Positions 36,045 to 48,656 are shown, counted from the first letter of the stretch. The stretch is 64,000 nt of DNA from Mobula hypostoma (GCF_963921235.1 NC_086108.1:74836001-74900000); one strand, 5' to 3'. Numbers and translations: made by a program. Notes: generated by a model not told the origin, from the sequence alone.

Positions 36045-37210
36045 TCTCTGTCTTGGAGGCTGACATTAGAACATCTTTCAAGGAGTGAGGCTCCATGGTT
36101 TACCTGGCAGGGTACTGAAAATCTGGGCCAAATAACTGACTGGCCTGTTCAAGGATATCTTCAGCTCTCACTCTTGCAGTTGGTGGTCCTATCTGCATCA
36201 ATCAAGCTGGTGCCCAAGAAGAACAAGATGAGCGTCCTGAATGACTGTTGCCCAGTAGCATTCACATCGACTGCGATGAAGTGCTTTGAGAGGTTGGTCA
36301 TGGCCAAAATCAACTCCTGCCCAAGTGAGGACTTGGACCCATTGCAATTTGCATATCACTGCAACAGGTATACAGTGAATACTATCTCACTGGTTCTCCA
36401 TTTGGCTGCTGTTTGTAGATTACAGCTCAGCATTCTACATCATCTTCCTCCCAGCATGAATCAACACACTTCAAAATCTGGGTCTACTTTCTCTACACTC
36501 ATGACCGTGTGGCTAGGCACAGCTCAAACACCATCTATAAATTTGCTGATGACACAATTGTTGTTGGCAGAATCTCAGGTGGTGAAGAGTGAGATAGATC
36601 AGTTGGTTGAGTAGTGTCACAGCTTCAACCTTGCGCTCAACATTAGTAAGACCAAGGAATTGATTGTGGACTTCAGGAAGGGGGAATTTGAGGGAACACA
36701 TACCAGTCCTCATTGAGAGGTCAGCATTGGAAAGTATAAGCAGCTTCAACTTCCTGGGCAAAAACATCTCAGAGGATCTATCCTGGGTCCAACATACTTA
36801 ATGCAATCATGAACAAGGCATGCCGGTGTCTATACTTCATGAGGACTTTGAGGAGATTCAGTGTGTCACCAAAAATGCAAGCCAATTTCTGCAGGTGTAC
36901 CATGGAGAGCATTCTGAATGGTGTGGAGGCTCCATTGCACAGGATCAAACAAAGCTGCAAAGTCAACTACATCATGGCCACGTGCTTCCCCACCATTAAG
37001 AATATCTTTAAAAGGCAGTACCTCAAGAAGGTGGCATCCATCATTAAGGATGCTTACCATTCAGGGCATGCCCTCTTCTTCATGGAGTGGGCACTGGAGC
37101 CTGATGACACAGTTAATGTATTAGCAACATCTTCGCCCCTCTGCCATCAGATTTCTGAACAGTCCATGAGCCCATGTACATTCTGCTCTCTTTTTGCACT
37201 TCTCATTTAA
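36045..37210 (+). mobile_element. Rex1/Babar LINE RT, internally deleted
   Basis: LVPKKNKMSVLNDCCPVAFTSTAMKCFERLV...LDPLQFAY; IYKFADDTIVVG (~36533); KACRCLYFMRTLRRF...FCRCTMESIL...KKVASIIKD. Confidence 0.9.
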
Positions 37211-38240
37211 TTTTTTCCTGAGGTAAACATTCTTTTAATTTATATCAGTATGATGTCCATTTTCTGTTTAAAGTGAATCTCATTGCAAAGGTACAATACA
37301 ATACACCACCATATCTAATCTGGCAATGTTAACTTCACTAATTAGTTCAAAGCCATTCAACTGTGTGTTGGTCAGATTTCCAATGATGTGCAGCTGGACT
37401 TTACCATTTATCCAGGAAGTTGTCCAGAGCTGGGATGCCTTCTTTCAAATTTTTAATTTAAAAAAATTCTAATTGTAACATCGTAATTTAATAAATAAGT
37501 GTATTCAAATCTTGAAACTTGAGTTTACACATTGCATTTTACTGCTGCCACAAAACTATACATTTCATGGCATACTGTATGTCAGTGATAATAAACCTGA
37601 TTCTGATTTGATCCTGAGCTTATATAGACTCAACGGGCCCAATGACCTCCTTCTATGTTGTAAGGAAATATGAATTATACAAGAGCACATTAAAACTCTT
37701 TAACCTGTTCTTTCTCATTGGAGCAGCTGACTGGCCTGTATAATATTTTTAATGCCCCTTGTTTCAGCTAAGTTGTATAAAACTGCGTGCAAGCTGTGAT
37801 GGGTGATGTACCCTCACAGATATTGAAGAACCTAAATCCAACTTTTTGTTTGTACTACCCATTCACAGCTGCAGCGCACACAACACACGCTGAGGATATC
37901 GATTGTCGTGCAATGCTAATGTGGCACCTGAGCTCTCACATTAGTTCACATATATGCAATTACAACACTATGGACCGCAGGCAGGAAATTAGTTCTGAAC
38001 AGCAGGAAGAAGCCCTGCATCTGTGTTATTACTTGCTTATGTTGATAATAATGCTTTTCTTCCCCCTGAGGGTTTTCTTAGCTCATCTGCATTTGAAGTC
38101 TATTGAACTACACTGCAGACCAGAGCCCTACATTTGCTGGCAGATGTAGGATTTTCAAGTGGGATCTCATGAACCAACAATATAAAAATCTAGTTAGGCC
38201 GCATATACAATGTTGCATACATTTCTGGTCACCCTATTGT

Positions 38241-38531
38241 GTTGGCGCGTGGCCAAGTGGTTAAGGTATTGGTCTAGTGATCTGAAGGTCGCGAGTTCGA
38301 GCCTCAGCTGAGGCAGTGTGTTGTGTTCTTAACCACACGTTGCTCTGCGATGACACCGGTGCCAAGCTGTATCGGCCCTAGTGCCCTTCCCTTGGGCAAC
38401 ACCGGTGGCATGGAGAGGGGAAACTTGCAGCATGGGCAATATCTGGTCTTCCATACAACCTTGCCCAGGCCTGTATCCTGGATACCTTCCAAGGTGCAAA
38501 TCCATGGTCTCAAGAGACTAACGGATGCCTA
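38241..38531 (+). mobile_element. Full-length tRNA-derived SINE
   Basis: A-box TGGCCAAGTGG and B-box GTTCGAGCC. 6-bp TSD TATTGT at 38235-38240 and 38532-38537. Confidence 0.85.
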
Positions 38532-38580
38532 TATTGTTGGAAAAATGTTGAGGCTTTGGAGAAAGCGCAGAAGAGGTTTC

Positions 38581-39243
38581 AATAATAGACAATAGGTGCA
38601 GGAGTAGGCCATTCGGCCCTTCAAGCCAGCACCGCCATTCACTGTGATCATGGCTGATCATCCACAATCAGTATCCAGTTCCTGCCTTATCCCCATAACC
38701 TTTGATTCCGCTATCTTTAAGAGCTCTATCCATCTCTTTCTTGAAAGCCTCCAGAGACTTGGCCTCCACAGCCTTCCGGGGCAGAGCATTCCATATATCC
38801 ACCACTCTCTGAGTGAAAAAGTTTTTCCTCAACTCCATTCTAAATGGCCTACCCCATTTTCTCAAACTGTGGCCTCTGGTTCTGGACTCACACATCAGCG
38901 GGAACATGCTTCCTGCCTCCAGCATGTCCAATCCCTTAATAATCTTATATGTTTCAATAAGATCCCCTCTCAGCCTTCTAAATTCCAGAGTATGCAAGCC
39001 CAGTCGCTCCAATCTTTTGACATATGACAGTCCTGCCATCCTGGGAATTAACCTTGTGAACCCACGCTGTACTCCCTCAATAACAAGAATGTCCTTCCTC
39101 AAATTTGGAGACCAAAACTGCACACAGTACTTCAGGTGTGGTCTCACCAGGGACCTGTACAGCTGCAGAAGGACCTCTTTGCTCTTATACTCAATTCCCC
39201 TTGTTATGAAGGCCAGCATGCCATTAGCTTTCTTCACTGCCTG
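38581..39243 (-). mobile_element. Young CR1 3' fragment with an uninterrupted ORF2 C-terminus
   Basis: About 190 open codons, QAVKKANGMLAFITRGIEYK...RPHLKYCVQFWSP...RKNFFTQRVVDIWNALP...GIKGYGDKAGTGY*. Tail (CTATT)n-like at ~38581-38595. Confidence 0.92.
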
Positions 39244-39895
39244 CCAGAACGTTGCCCATTTTAGAGACCATGTGCTATAATGACAGGTTGGACAATCTTG
39301 AGTTCTCTGGAGCAGCGGAGGCTGACGAGAGATCTGATAGACATTTATCAGTTCATGAGAGGCATAAATAGAGTAGACAGACAGTATCTTTTTCCCAAGA
39401 TTGAAATGTCTAATACCAGAGGGGATGCATTGAAGGTGAGAGGGGATAAATTCAAAGGAGATATGAGAGGCAAGTTTTTTTACACAGATTGGTGGGTGGT
39501 AGAGGTAGAAACAATAGGGACTTTTAAAAGATGTTTCGATAGGCACACAAATGTGAAGGAAATGGAAGGATATGGACATTGTGCAGGCAGAATTGATTAG
39601 TTGGCCATTTGATTACTAATATAATAGATTTGGCCCAACACTGTGGGCTGAAGGTCCTTTTTCTGTGCGGCATATTCTAATATGGACATGTCCCTTCCAT
39701 ATATAATGGGTTAAGTGTGGGCTAGTGGCATTTCAGCGAAACATTCAGATTGATGTTTAAATATTCAATTTGTACCAGCATAGAGGGCAACTCGGCCTGA
39801 AATGTCGACAGTTTACTCTTTTCTATCGATGCTGTGTGGACTGCTGAGTTCCTTCAGCATTTTGTGTGTCTTGCATAGAAATTTTCCAACAATTT

Positions 39896-41712
39896 ATGAT
39901 TAGATTAGATTAGATTAGATTCAGCTTTATTGTCACTGTGCCAAGTACAGATATAAAGTCTATGAAATGCAGTTAGCATCTGACCAGAAATGCAAAGAAC
40001 AGTGTTATTTACAAAATAACTGCGAATAAAAAGTAAGTGCTACAGCACACAAATATAAAAGTACTGAGACAGTCCAATATGGGTGTAATGCTGCTTAGCG
40101 CTGTGATGTGAGGTTCAGCAGGGTCACACCCTCAGGGAAGAAGCTCTTCCTGTGCCTGCTAGTGCGGGAGCGGAGGCTCCTGTAGTGCCTACCAGATGGG
40201 AGGAGAGTAAAAAGTCCATGGTTAGGGAGAGATGCATCCGTGATAAAGCTTTTCACCCTGCCCAGGCAGCGTTTATAGTAGATGTTCTCAATGGTGGGCA
40301 ATTGAATGCCAATAATCCGCTGGGCAGTTTTCACCACCCGCTGGAGTGCTTTGCGGTTCGATACGGGACAATTGCAATACCGCACTGAGATGCAGTTGGT
40401 GAGTATGCTCTCAATGGTACAGCGGTAAAAGTCCGTCAGTATCCTGGGACAGAGGTCAGCTTTCTTGATGCTTTGCAGGAAATAAAGGCACTGTTGCACC
40501 TTTTTGATCAGGATGGAGGAGTTCAGGAACCAGGTGAGATCCTCTGAAATGTGGACACCAAGGAATTCAAAGCTTGATACACGGTCCGCTACAGCTCCAT
40601 TGATGTAGATGGGGACATGAGTGTGGCTCCTAGCATGTCAGAAGTCCACAATGATCTCCTTGGTCTTCTGGGTGTTAAGGGCCAGGTTATTGTCGGCACA
40701 CCACATGGCCATGTGCTGGACCTCATCCCTATAGGCCGTCTCGTCATCCCCTCTGATCAGGCCAACCACCGTGGTGTCGACTGCAAATTTGATTATGGAG
40801 TTTGAACTATGTACAGGAATGCAGTCATAGGTGAAAAGGGAGTACAGAAGAGGGCTCAGCACACAGCCTTGAGGCATGCCGGTGTTCAGGGTGAGAGTGG
40901 AGGGGGAGAAGTTGTCTAATTTAACTGATTGGGGTCTGTTAGTCAGGAATTCCAAGGTCCAATTGCAAAGAGATGAGCTGATAACAAGCTGGTGAAGTTT
41001 GGCGATCAGCTTGGAGGGGATCACAGTATTGAATGCCAAACTAAAGTCAATGAACAGCATTCTGATGTAACAGTTGGAGCTGTCCAGGTGGGTCAGGGCA
41101 GAGTGAAGTGCCGTGGAGATGGTGTCCTCTGTTGACCTGTTGGTGCAATAGGCAAATTGATTGGGATCCAGGGTAGTGGGCAGACAGAATTTCATATGTG
41201 ATAGAACCAGTGTCTCAAAGCACTTTGCAGTGATGGGGGTGAGTGCAACTGGACGGAAGTCATTCGGGCCCGTGGCAGTGGAATGCTTCGGCACTGGCAT
41301 GATGGTGGCGATCTTGAAGCTTGTGGGGACAACTGCCTGGGCCAGGGACAGATTAAAAATTTCCGTGAAGGCCCCGGCCAACTACCCTGCACAGACTCTG
41401 AGCACATGGCCAGGTATTCCATCCGGACCAGCTGCCTTCCGTACATTCACCCTGCTCAGGGTGGCGCAAACATCCGAGGTGGAAAGTGAGAGAGGCAGTT
41501 CACCAGGTGGGAGATCCGCTTTGAGGGTGACCTCGTCGTTCTCTTGGTCAAAGCGAGCATAGAAGTAATTGAGCTCATCAGGGAGGGAAGCAGAGCTGGA
41601 AGGGGCCACAGCACTAGGTGGTTTGAAGTCTGTAATGACCTGTATGTGACGCCACCTGCACCAGGGGTCCGAGGAGTTGAAATGCTCCTCGATTCTCTCT
41701 TTGATGTTAACT
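39896..41712 (-). mobile_element. Rex1/Babar LINE, 5'-truncated, near-complete RT domain
   Basis: ORFs 41382-41741, 40638-41381 ([10 protein letters not shown]...QFAY...[11 protein letters not shown]...[15 protein letters not shown]...[10 protein letters not shown]) and 40095-40499. 3' GACAATAAA + (TCTAA)n tail at 39896-39935. Confidence 0.95.
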
Positions 41713-42224
41713 ATACTGGCTCTTGGCATAGTGGCTTGCATTCTGCGCGTCTGAAATTCAAACTGTTGTAAGGAAGTAGTGGGCAGGTTTTGTTCCCCAG
41801 AATTTAGCCCTCAGGTCTATGCTGACCACTGAAAACTTCCAACTATGTGCTCTCCTCAAGAGTAACTGAGTCATGGGTGCTGCCATGATTCATCAAGTTC
41901 ATCTCATGATCCATGACCGGCTGCATATTGAGGGAGTGGAGACTGCTTCCGTCAATGAAAGGTTCTGGGATATCAGTGGGTTATCAGTTATCTGGTTGAT
42001 CAGATCTTCAACTCACATGAGAGCATCCAAGAGCTTCCAGCACTAGTGGGAGGCCGGTAATGCTGGAAAAATGTATTGTGTGATTTGCTGTCTTTCTTCC
42101 ACTCAGATCAAAAAAGATGAAAGGCTGCATGACTTCTCTCATTCTATATAAGAAGAAAAGTGAAAAATGTATCATGCTTGGATTGGTTCAATTGACAGAA
42201 AGCAAAAATTCACTATCACCTTGT

Positions 42225-42432
42225 CAGACAGCATCCATGAGGCGGGATAAACAGTTTACATTTCAAACTGAGACCCTTCATCTTCCCCCTTCCTTTCCAC
42301 TCCTGATGAAGGGTCTTGGCCCAAAATGTCGATTGGATATTTCTCTCCACTGACGCTGACTGACCTGCTGAGTTCCTCCAGCATTTTGTTGATGTTGCCC
42401 TGGATTTCCGGCATCTGCAGAATCTCTTGTGT
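42225..42432. mobile_element. Penelope terminus fragment(s)
   Basis: CTGATGAAGGGTCTTGGCCCAAAATGTCGA...CTGCTGAGTTCCTCCAGCATTTTG...CATCTGCAGAATCTCTTGTG, preceded by a partial inverted copy. Confidence 0.75.
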
Positions 42433-42814
42433 CCCTTTCACATTGACTTCCATGGAGAGAGCAGTTAATCACCCAGCATGGAAACAGGCCCTTCAGTTTA
42501 TCAAGTCTACTATGATCATCAAAAACCCATTTACACTAGATCTGCACTAATCCTATTTTTATGCTCCCAACATGTTCATCAATCAAGATTCTACCACTCA
42601 CTTACATACATGAGGCAAAATTCATCATGGCTAGTTCACCTATCAACTCATATGTCTTTGGGAGATGGAAGGAAAGCAGAACATCTAACAGAAGACCATA
42701 TGGTCACAGAGAGAATGTACAAATGCTACATGTTGAGTAGTGGAGATCGGGATTAACCCAGATCACTAGAGCTATGAAGGAACAACTCCACCACTGTGTT
42801 CTCCCAACAGAATT

Positions 42815-43118
42815 TTACTCGTACAGCCAGATTTGGGAACAGCTTCTTTCCAACTGTGATAAGACTGTTGAACAGATCCTGACCCGGATCTGGGCAGTAC
42901 CCTCCAAATATCCGGACCTGCCTCTTGGTTTTTTTGCACTACCTTACTTTCCCTTTTCTATTTTCTATTTATGATTTATAATTTAAATTTTTATTATGTT
43001 TACTATCAATTTGTACTCCAGGGAGCGCAAGGCGCAGAATCAAATATCGCTGTGATGATTGTACGCTCTAGTATCAATTGTTTGGCGACAATAAAGTAAT
43101 AAGTAATAAAGTAATAAA
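42815..43118 (+). mobile_element. Rex1-like LINE extreme 3' end
   Basis: ARFGNSFFPTVIRLLN, then UTR ending GACAATAAAGTAATAAGTAATAAAGTAATAAA. Confidence 0.7.
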
Positions 43119-44879
43119 TTATGGTGGTGTGGTTCACAGAGAAGTGTGAGGCACAGTTGTGCATTTGTAACCCTAGATAAGTTTTGATTCTTTTGATTTT
43201 TAACCATCCTTGTTAAGTTTTTACCCTCACAGTGACCTGGTTCTGGGGACAACACTCCTCAGCGCTACTTTGGAGCTTTCGCTGGCGCTGTGGGAACTCT
43301 GCACCTGTGACTGAATCACTATTTTTCAAAAGCATTCTCTCAGTCTGTGAATTACTCAAGTGATTCGAGACAGAGATGACCTCCTGTTAACAGAGGCAAG
43401 CATCTTATTAATTAGAGCTGGTTAGCTTCAGCACATGCAGAGTCTCTTGAAATTACTCAAAGCGATGTATGCTAATGCAAAGAGGTTATGGTAGTTGCCA
43501 CTGATGTGAATAAATGTTGTGAAGTGTGAATCACTTACATTGATTATTGTGGAAAATAACGGGCTCGGGAGAAAAATGAAGGTTGCATTTGACCAGACAT
43601 GTTTCTATCTGCATAATCAGCAGCAGACAGATTTGAACACACCTGAGTTCTTCATTGTCATGTGCAAAATTACATCCTCTGTGGTGGCAAAACCCACCAG
43701 TCTAATCTAGAGAGGGTGGAAGAGGGAATTGAGGATTGAGGGCTAATAGGATTATCGCATGAAATCCATCAGAAAAATAGGATTATGCTGACTCTTTTGG
43801 CACTTTGTCACACAGTCAGAATAAATTTTCCATTTTACAATGCCAAACAAGAGAGCTTTTGTTCAAACCCACTTTAAGTAAATGATCTAGGATGTGGCGG
43901 AAGTTGATAAGGTGCCACATCACAGGTTATTGTTGAAAATATAAACTTATGCTTTTGAGTTAATCTGTTGGGTTGGGTTGAAGCTTGGCTGCCTACAGGA
44001 TACAGAGTATAGGATAAGTAAGTCTTATTTTCTATGTGGCAAAACCCCACAGGCTACATGATAGGTGATGGGACCTTAACTAGTATAAATAACTTGGATG
44101 AAGGCACAAAAGATACAGTCACTTAAGGATAGTGAGAAAATAAAAGATGAAGAAAGGAGATTGGCAAGTCAAGGCTAACAATCAGTCTGAGTTTTGGGCA
44201 AGAAATCTATCAAAATGAAACTATATATGTTCTGAAACATGGGAAGGGGATCGTGATGAGGTGAATGTGTGCGTGCCCACCTAGCAGGTGGCCTTAACCA
44301 CACATTGTTACTTCAGTCAATCCCTGTCCTGCAGTCAAAACTCTGCAACATGCAGGAAAACAAGGAATTCCATTTTTTTCCTGACAGAAACTCCAGCCAG
44401 CAACCCTCCCTCTGCCCATTTCCAGTCAAGTCACCTGCCGGAGAGCAGCTTATGAAGGTGTGCTCCTTCACTTTTCTTCGAAGAGTTTAAAAAAAAACAG
44501 GTAGAGAGAAGGCAGAGAAGGTACTAAAGGTCTAGGTATCAGGTCAGTGAAATGAACTTTAGCTAAACAATCTGTTCTTCATTGTATTAAAAGTCAAGTC
44601 ATCTGTGCAGCCACTAGAATTGATATTCATCTCAAATGGTAATATTGCTACTGGAATGTAATGAATACAAAGATGTAAAATAACATTATGGTTTTACTAA
44701 GTCATGGAAAGACCAATAAACCATTTCTCAACCCCAGCGTGAGATCCTAATACATAACTGAAGTGCTCTTTTATGAATTGTATGTTGCTCTTGGCTCAGT
44801 GGATTACTTTTGTTTCTGAATGAAGAACTAGTCTTGGGGCTGCAGTATTTCACTTCAGAATTTCTAAGGGAAGGATACT

Positions 44880-45125
44880 AGACACTAGAATACTACATCA
44901 CAGTACAGGCCCTTTGGCCCTCGATGTTTTGCCGACCCATATATTCCTAAAGAAAGTACTAAGCCCACACTACCCTGTAACCCTCTCTTTTCCTTTCATC
45001 CATGTGCCTATCCAAGAGGCTCTTAAATACCCCTAATGTTTTAGCCTCCACCACCATCCCTGGCAAGTCATTCCAGGCACCCACAACCCTCTGTGTAAAA
45101 AAACTTACCCCTGGTGCCTCCCCTA
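44880..45125 (-). mobile_element. CR1-type 3' end fragment
   Basis: GCCTCCACCACCATCCCTGGCAAGTCATTCCAGGCACCCACAACCCTCTGTGTAAAAAA is the reverse complement of FFTQRVVGAWNDLP. Confidence 0.75.
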
Positions 45126-45691
45126 AACTTCCCTCCCTTATCTTTGTACATATGCCCTCTTGTGTTTGCTATTTGTGCCCTACGCTGTCACGAAGGCAGC
45201 CCTAGAACTACAGGGAGAACAGGAAAATTCTCTTGCTGACCTCCTTTGTGTATATTTACTGGTCGCTTATTTGGGGAGATTTATGGGACCTTCCCAATAG
45301 CAAATTGCCTTTTCTTTTCTCCTAAATTACAATAATAATTTCAATGTCAGAGGATTTAAATAGCTATAATTAGAATTGAGAATCCTAATGGTTATGTACT
45401 GGAAAATCCTGAACTTCTGGAACATGTTACTGAGGTTTTCTCTCTTGTTCTAGGATACTCTCTAAGTGACTACAATATAAAAGGAGAGAAGTTGCTACTT
45501 CTAGTTCAAGGACACTTGAGATGCTAATCGAGATTCATTGGCAGAGAAACATGCCACATACTTCAACAAAACAACTTGCCATTTGCCTTGTCAAATTAGG
45601 CAGCACTCTTTTAGATATCAAACAGAAGCAAAAGTCAGATTCCATCGTACGTAAGACCTAAAGGCAAAACTTAGACAGGGAAGAAAGCCTG

Positions 45692-46365
45692 TGCAACACA
45701 CACAACGCTGGAGGAACTCAGCAGGCCAGGCGGCATCAATGGTATTGTCGACTTTTGGGCTGAAACCCTTCAGCAGAACTGGAGAAAAAAGCTGAGGAGT
45801 AGATTTAAAAGGTGGGAGGAGGGGAGAGAGAAACACAAGATGATAGGTGAAACCTGGAGGGGGAAGGATAGTGTAAAGAACTGGGAAGTTGATTGGTGAA
45901 AGAGACAGAAGGCCATGGAAGAAAGAAAAGGGGCGAGGAGCACCAGAGGGAGGCGATGGGTGGGCAAGGAGATAAGGTGAGAGAGGGAAAAAGGGATGGG
46001 AAATGGTGAAGGAGGAGGGAGGTGGGGGGGCATTAACACAAGTTTGAGAAATCGATGTTCATGCCATCAGGTTGGAGGCTACCCAAATGGAATATAAGGT
46101 GTCGTTCTTCCAACCTGTGTGTGGCCTCATCACGACAGTGGAGGAAGCCATGGATGGACATATTGGAATGAGAACAGGAAGTGGAATTAAAATGGGTGGC
46201 CACTGGGAGATCCTGCCTTTTAATTCCACTTGCCATTCCCATTTTTGGGTTTTAGCCTGAAACGTTGACTGTACTCTTTTCCTAGATGCTGCCTGGCCTG
46301 CTGAGTTCCTCCAGCATTTTATGTATGTTGCTCGGATTTCCAGCATCTGCAGATTTTCTCTTGTT
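45692..46365 (-). mobile_element. Penelope-like element, truncated, with inverted terminus and TSD
   Basis: ORF 46033-46242(-) reads DLPVATHFNSTSCSHSNMSIHG...RLEERHLIFHLGSLQPDGMNIDFS (Penelope GIY-YIG domain C-terminus). 15-bp TSD AGGGAAGAAAGCCTG / AGGGAAGGAAACCTG (13/15) at 45677-45691 and 46366-46380. Confidence 0.88.
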
Positions 46366-46450
46366 AGGGAAGGAAACCTGGCTGGTGTGGTGTGGTGGCT
46401 GAGAGAGAATAGCTTTGGGTTTTTGGAATCAGGATATGTCAGGCACATTT

Positions 46451-47876
46451 TGTCATGGTCCGGATCGGGGTCCCTTTAAATTTACCTTGTTTATGTTGCG
46501 ATCCGGACCATTGATTCCCTGTTTTCCCATGTCCCTTGGCTTTGGTGATTAGAGGCAATTAACGCTCGGCTGAACCAGTAGTTTATAGTCTCCGGCTTTC
46601 AGCCGTTTGGCGTGGGAGCGTCTGCAAAGTCATCAAAGGTATGGTGTGCCGATGTCATCTGGCCGGAGCAAGCCTAGTCTCTGCCGAAGCGAGTGCCGGT
46701 AATTCTCCCTTCCTCACCAGGGAAACCCTGTCCAGTTACCTTGCCAAAGCGAGCCTGCAAAGTTTCGTCATCAAGGTGGGTCCGTCAGTTAACCCGCCGG
46801 AGAGAATCAGGAGCTGCTGTCTACTGTTCCTGGGCCGAGGCTAGAGCTCGCCACTACCCGGAGGTTCCAAGTACCACGTCCAAGTCCTGGCTCCGGCGGC
46901 GTCCAAGTACCACGTCCAAGTCCTGGTCCTAGTGGCATCTGAGTACCTAGTCAAGTCCTGGCCCTGGCAGTCTGTGATTCCTGTCCTACCCCCCCTGTCT
47001 GAATCCCTTCTCTGCCCCTCTCGCCTCTAATCCTTGTCTTCAGCCCTCGCCTGCACTTCAGTCTAGTTCTATTGCCGGAGCTAGATAGGTACTGTCTGGT
47101 GTTCTTTCGTGTTGGTCTTGTCTTGACCTCGCCTCCGTGGGGTAATTCTGGCCGTCTTGCCGTTGCCCCGCAGGGGGGTCATGTATTGTCTTGTCCTCGC
47201 CTCCATGGGGTAAGTCAGGCCGTCTTGTTGTTGCCCCACGGGGAGTCATGTCTTGTTTTGTCCTTGCCTCCGTGGGGTAAGTCTGGCCATTTTGCCGTTG
47301 CCCCACGGGGGGGGTCGTGTCTTGTCTTGTCCTCACCTCTGTGGGGTAAGTCAGGCTGTCTTGCTGTTGCCCCGCGGGGGGTCATGAGTCCCGGCCCTAT
47401 GTCCTGTACCCAAGGAGGGGTCCCGGCTCTATGTTCTGTGTGTGAGTCCCAGTCCTATGTCCTGTACCCAAGGAGGGGTCCCGACTCTGTGTTCTGTGTA
47501 TGTGTCCATGGTTCCATGTACTAGCTCTCCCGAGACCGAGGCTCTGTTTTCCATGTTCCTCCTCTCCCTGGCCCATGTCATGTCCATGCCTGGTTCTGGG
47601 GTCCGAGCCCCAGGCAAGACCCAGGTGCTGGATCCTTGCCCAGTCTCAGGCTCAGAGTCCATACCCTAGCCTCTTCATGTCTCCTCTAGTTCTGGGAGCC
47701 AATTCCGAGTCTTAGCCCAGACCCTTGGTCCCAGCCCAGTCGTAGTCCTCAGTCCGCTATTCCTACCCCTGCCTTGCTCTCCTGGTTTCGAACAATAAAC
47801 TAAATTTAATTAACCTCACAAGATGTGTCTTGCATTTGGGTCCACCCTTGCTCCCAATGCCCCCGTCATTGTGACA
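46451..47876 (+). mobile_element. Solo LTR (1426 bp, probably Gypsy-type) with several internal tandem arrays
   Basis: TGTCAT...GTGACA termini; 5-bp TSD CATTT/CATTC. AATAAA at ~47794. 3' TGTCTTGCATTTGGGTCCACCC. GC/CpG-rich. Confidence 0.85.
47112..47388 (+). repeat. ~68-bp tandem repeat x4, each unit containing a hairpin
   Basis: CCGTGGGGTAA-type unit starts at 47135, 47203, 47270 and 47339. Each is followed by a TTGCCCCACGG-type complement. Confidence 0.9.
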
Positions 47877-48101
47877 CATTCGGGTTAATGGTATCAAAGT
47901 TGGAGCAGAGTGGGAGTGACCACCAAGTACAGCCTTGTATAATTAATTTGAAAATAGCTATGAACTGCTGCAGTATGAGTAGAATATGCTGTCTATTGGC
48001 CTTTAAATCTGTAGAAGAAATTTGTACAAGTCAAGATGCATTTGTGTGCTGTTTGGTGTAATTTCCCAGAAGGATTCCCCTTTGTTTATCTGCATATCTT
48101 A

Positions 48102-48656
48102 CATAACGTAACCCTCAGGCTTGGCTGGCGGCGTTGGTCTAGGGGAAGACAGACTCTGGCCCTGCAAAACTTGTTTGTGTGGATGCTGCGTGATGTGTTA
48201 GCTTGTTACAAATCTGTACCACAAAATATCAGACAGTACACCATATGCAATTAAATGATTGAGCTTTATAATTCTTAATTTGACTATAGGGTTAAGAAAG
48301 AAAACAAAAAGAAAAAGGGCCCATTTTAATGAAACAGTTTAATGTGCACATTGGAGGTCATGGTTTTCCCGTCCGTTAGTTCTCCATCGATTTCCTCCGA
48401 GTGTCACCAACTCCCGGGCCCCACTCCACACCCACTCAGTCCTGCAGTCTAAGACCTCTCCACTCTGGCATCTTCTCTCTCCATCTTCCGCTGAACAAAA
48501 GACCACAAATACCTCGCTGTCGGGCACACACAAAATAAAACACTCCCCTCATTGGACAGCGCACATTCCAAAGCCCCCATTATCTCTAGTCATAACCCAA
48601 ACACTGCTGCTACAGAGAAACCATTACACCAGTGAAACCTTTTGCAAGACATTACA
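48102..48656 (-). mobile_element. Probable solo LTR (~555 bp)
   Basis: Minus strand begins TGTAATG and ends GGTTACGTTATG (degenerate ...TTACA). Imperfect 4-bp TSD CTTA/CATA. Promoter-like CCAAT and G-rich content. Confidence 0.5.

Larger units (their letters stand above)
38165..39680 (+). mobile_element. Older CR1 3' region hosting a SINE (38241-38531) and an antisense younger CR1 (38581-39243)
   Basis: YKNLVRPHIQCCIHFWSPYC (~38182-38240) resumes at 38538 (KNVEALEKAQKRF) and again after ~39243 (SLEQRRLTRDLIDIYQFMRGINRVD...TRGDALKVRG). Confidence 0.85.

Noticed and set aside
38241..38315. Possible tRNA gene (also ~21696 and ~60250-60320)
   Set aside because: These are SINE heads: they run into SINE bodies and lack a proper acceptor stem and terminator, and the 38241 copy has a TSD.
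38668..39579. 303-aa ORF as a host gene
   Set aside because: It is a chimera of antisense old CR1 and the ORF2 C-terminus of a nested CR1.
40638..41381. 247-aa RT ORF as an active or domesticated reverse transcriptase
   Set aside because: The copy is 5'-truncated, has a stop at ~41382 and a frameshift near 40640, and its catalytic motif is mutated (FAVD instead of FADD).
47072..47524. 150-aa repetitive Cys/Pro/Gly-rich ORF
   Set aside because: It is a translation of the GC-rich LTR tandem arrays, whose unit lengths are mostly not multiples of three.
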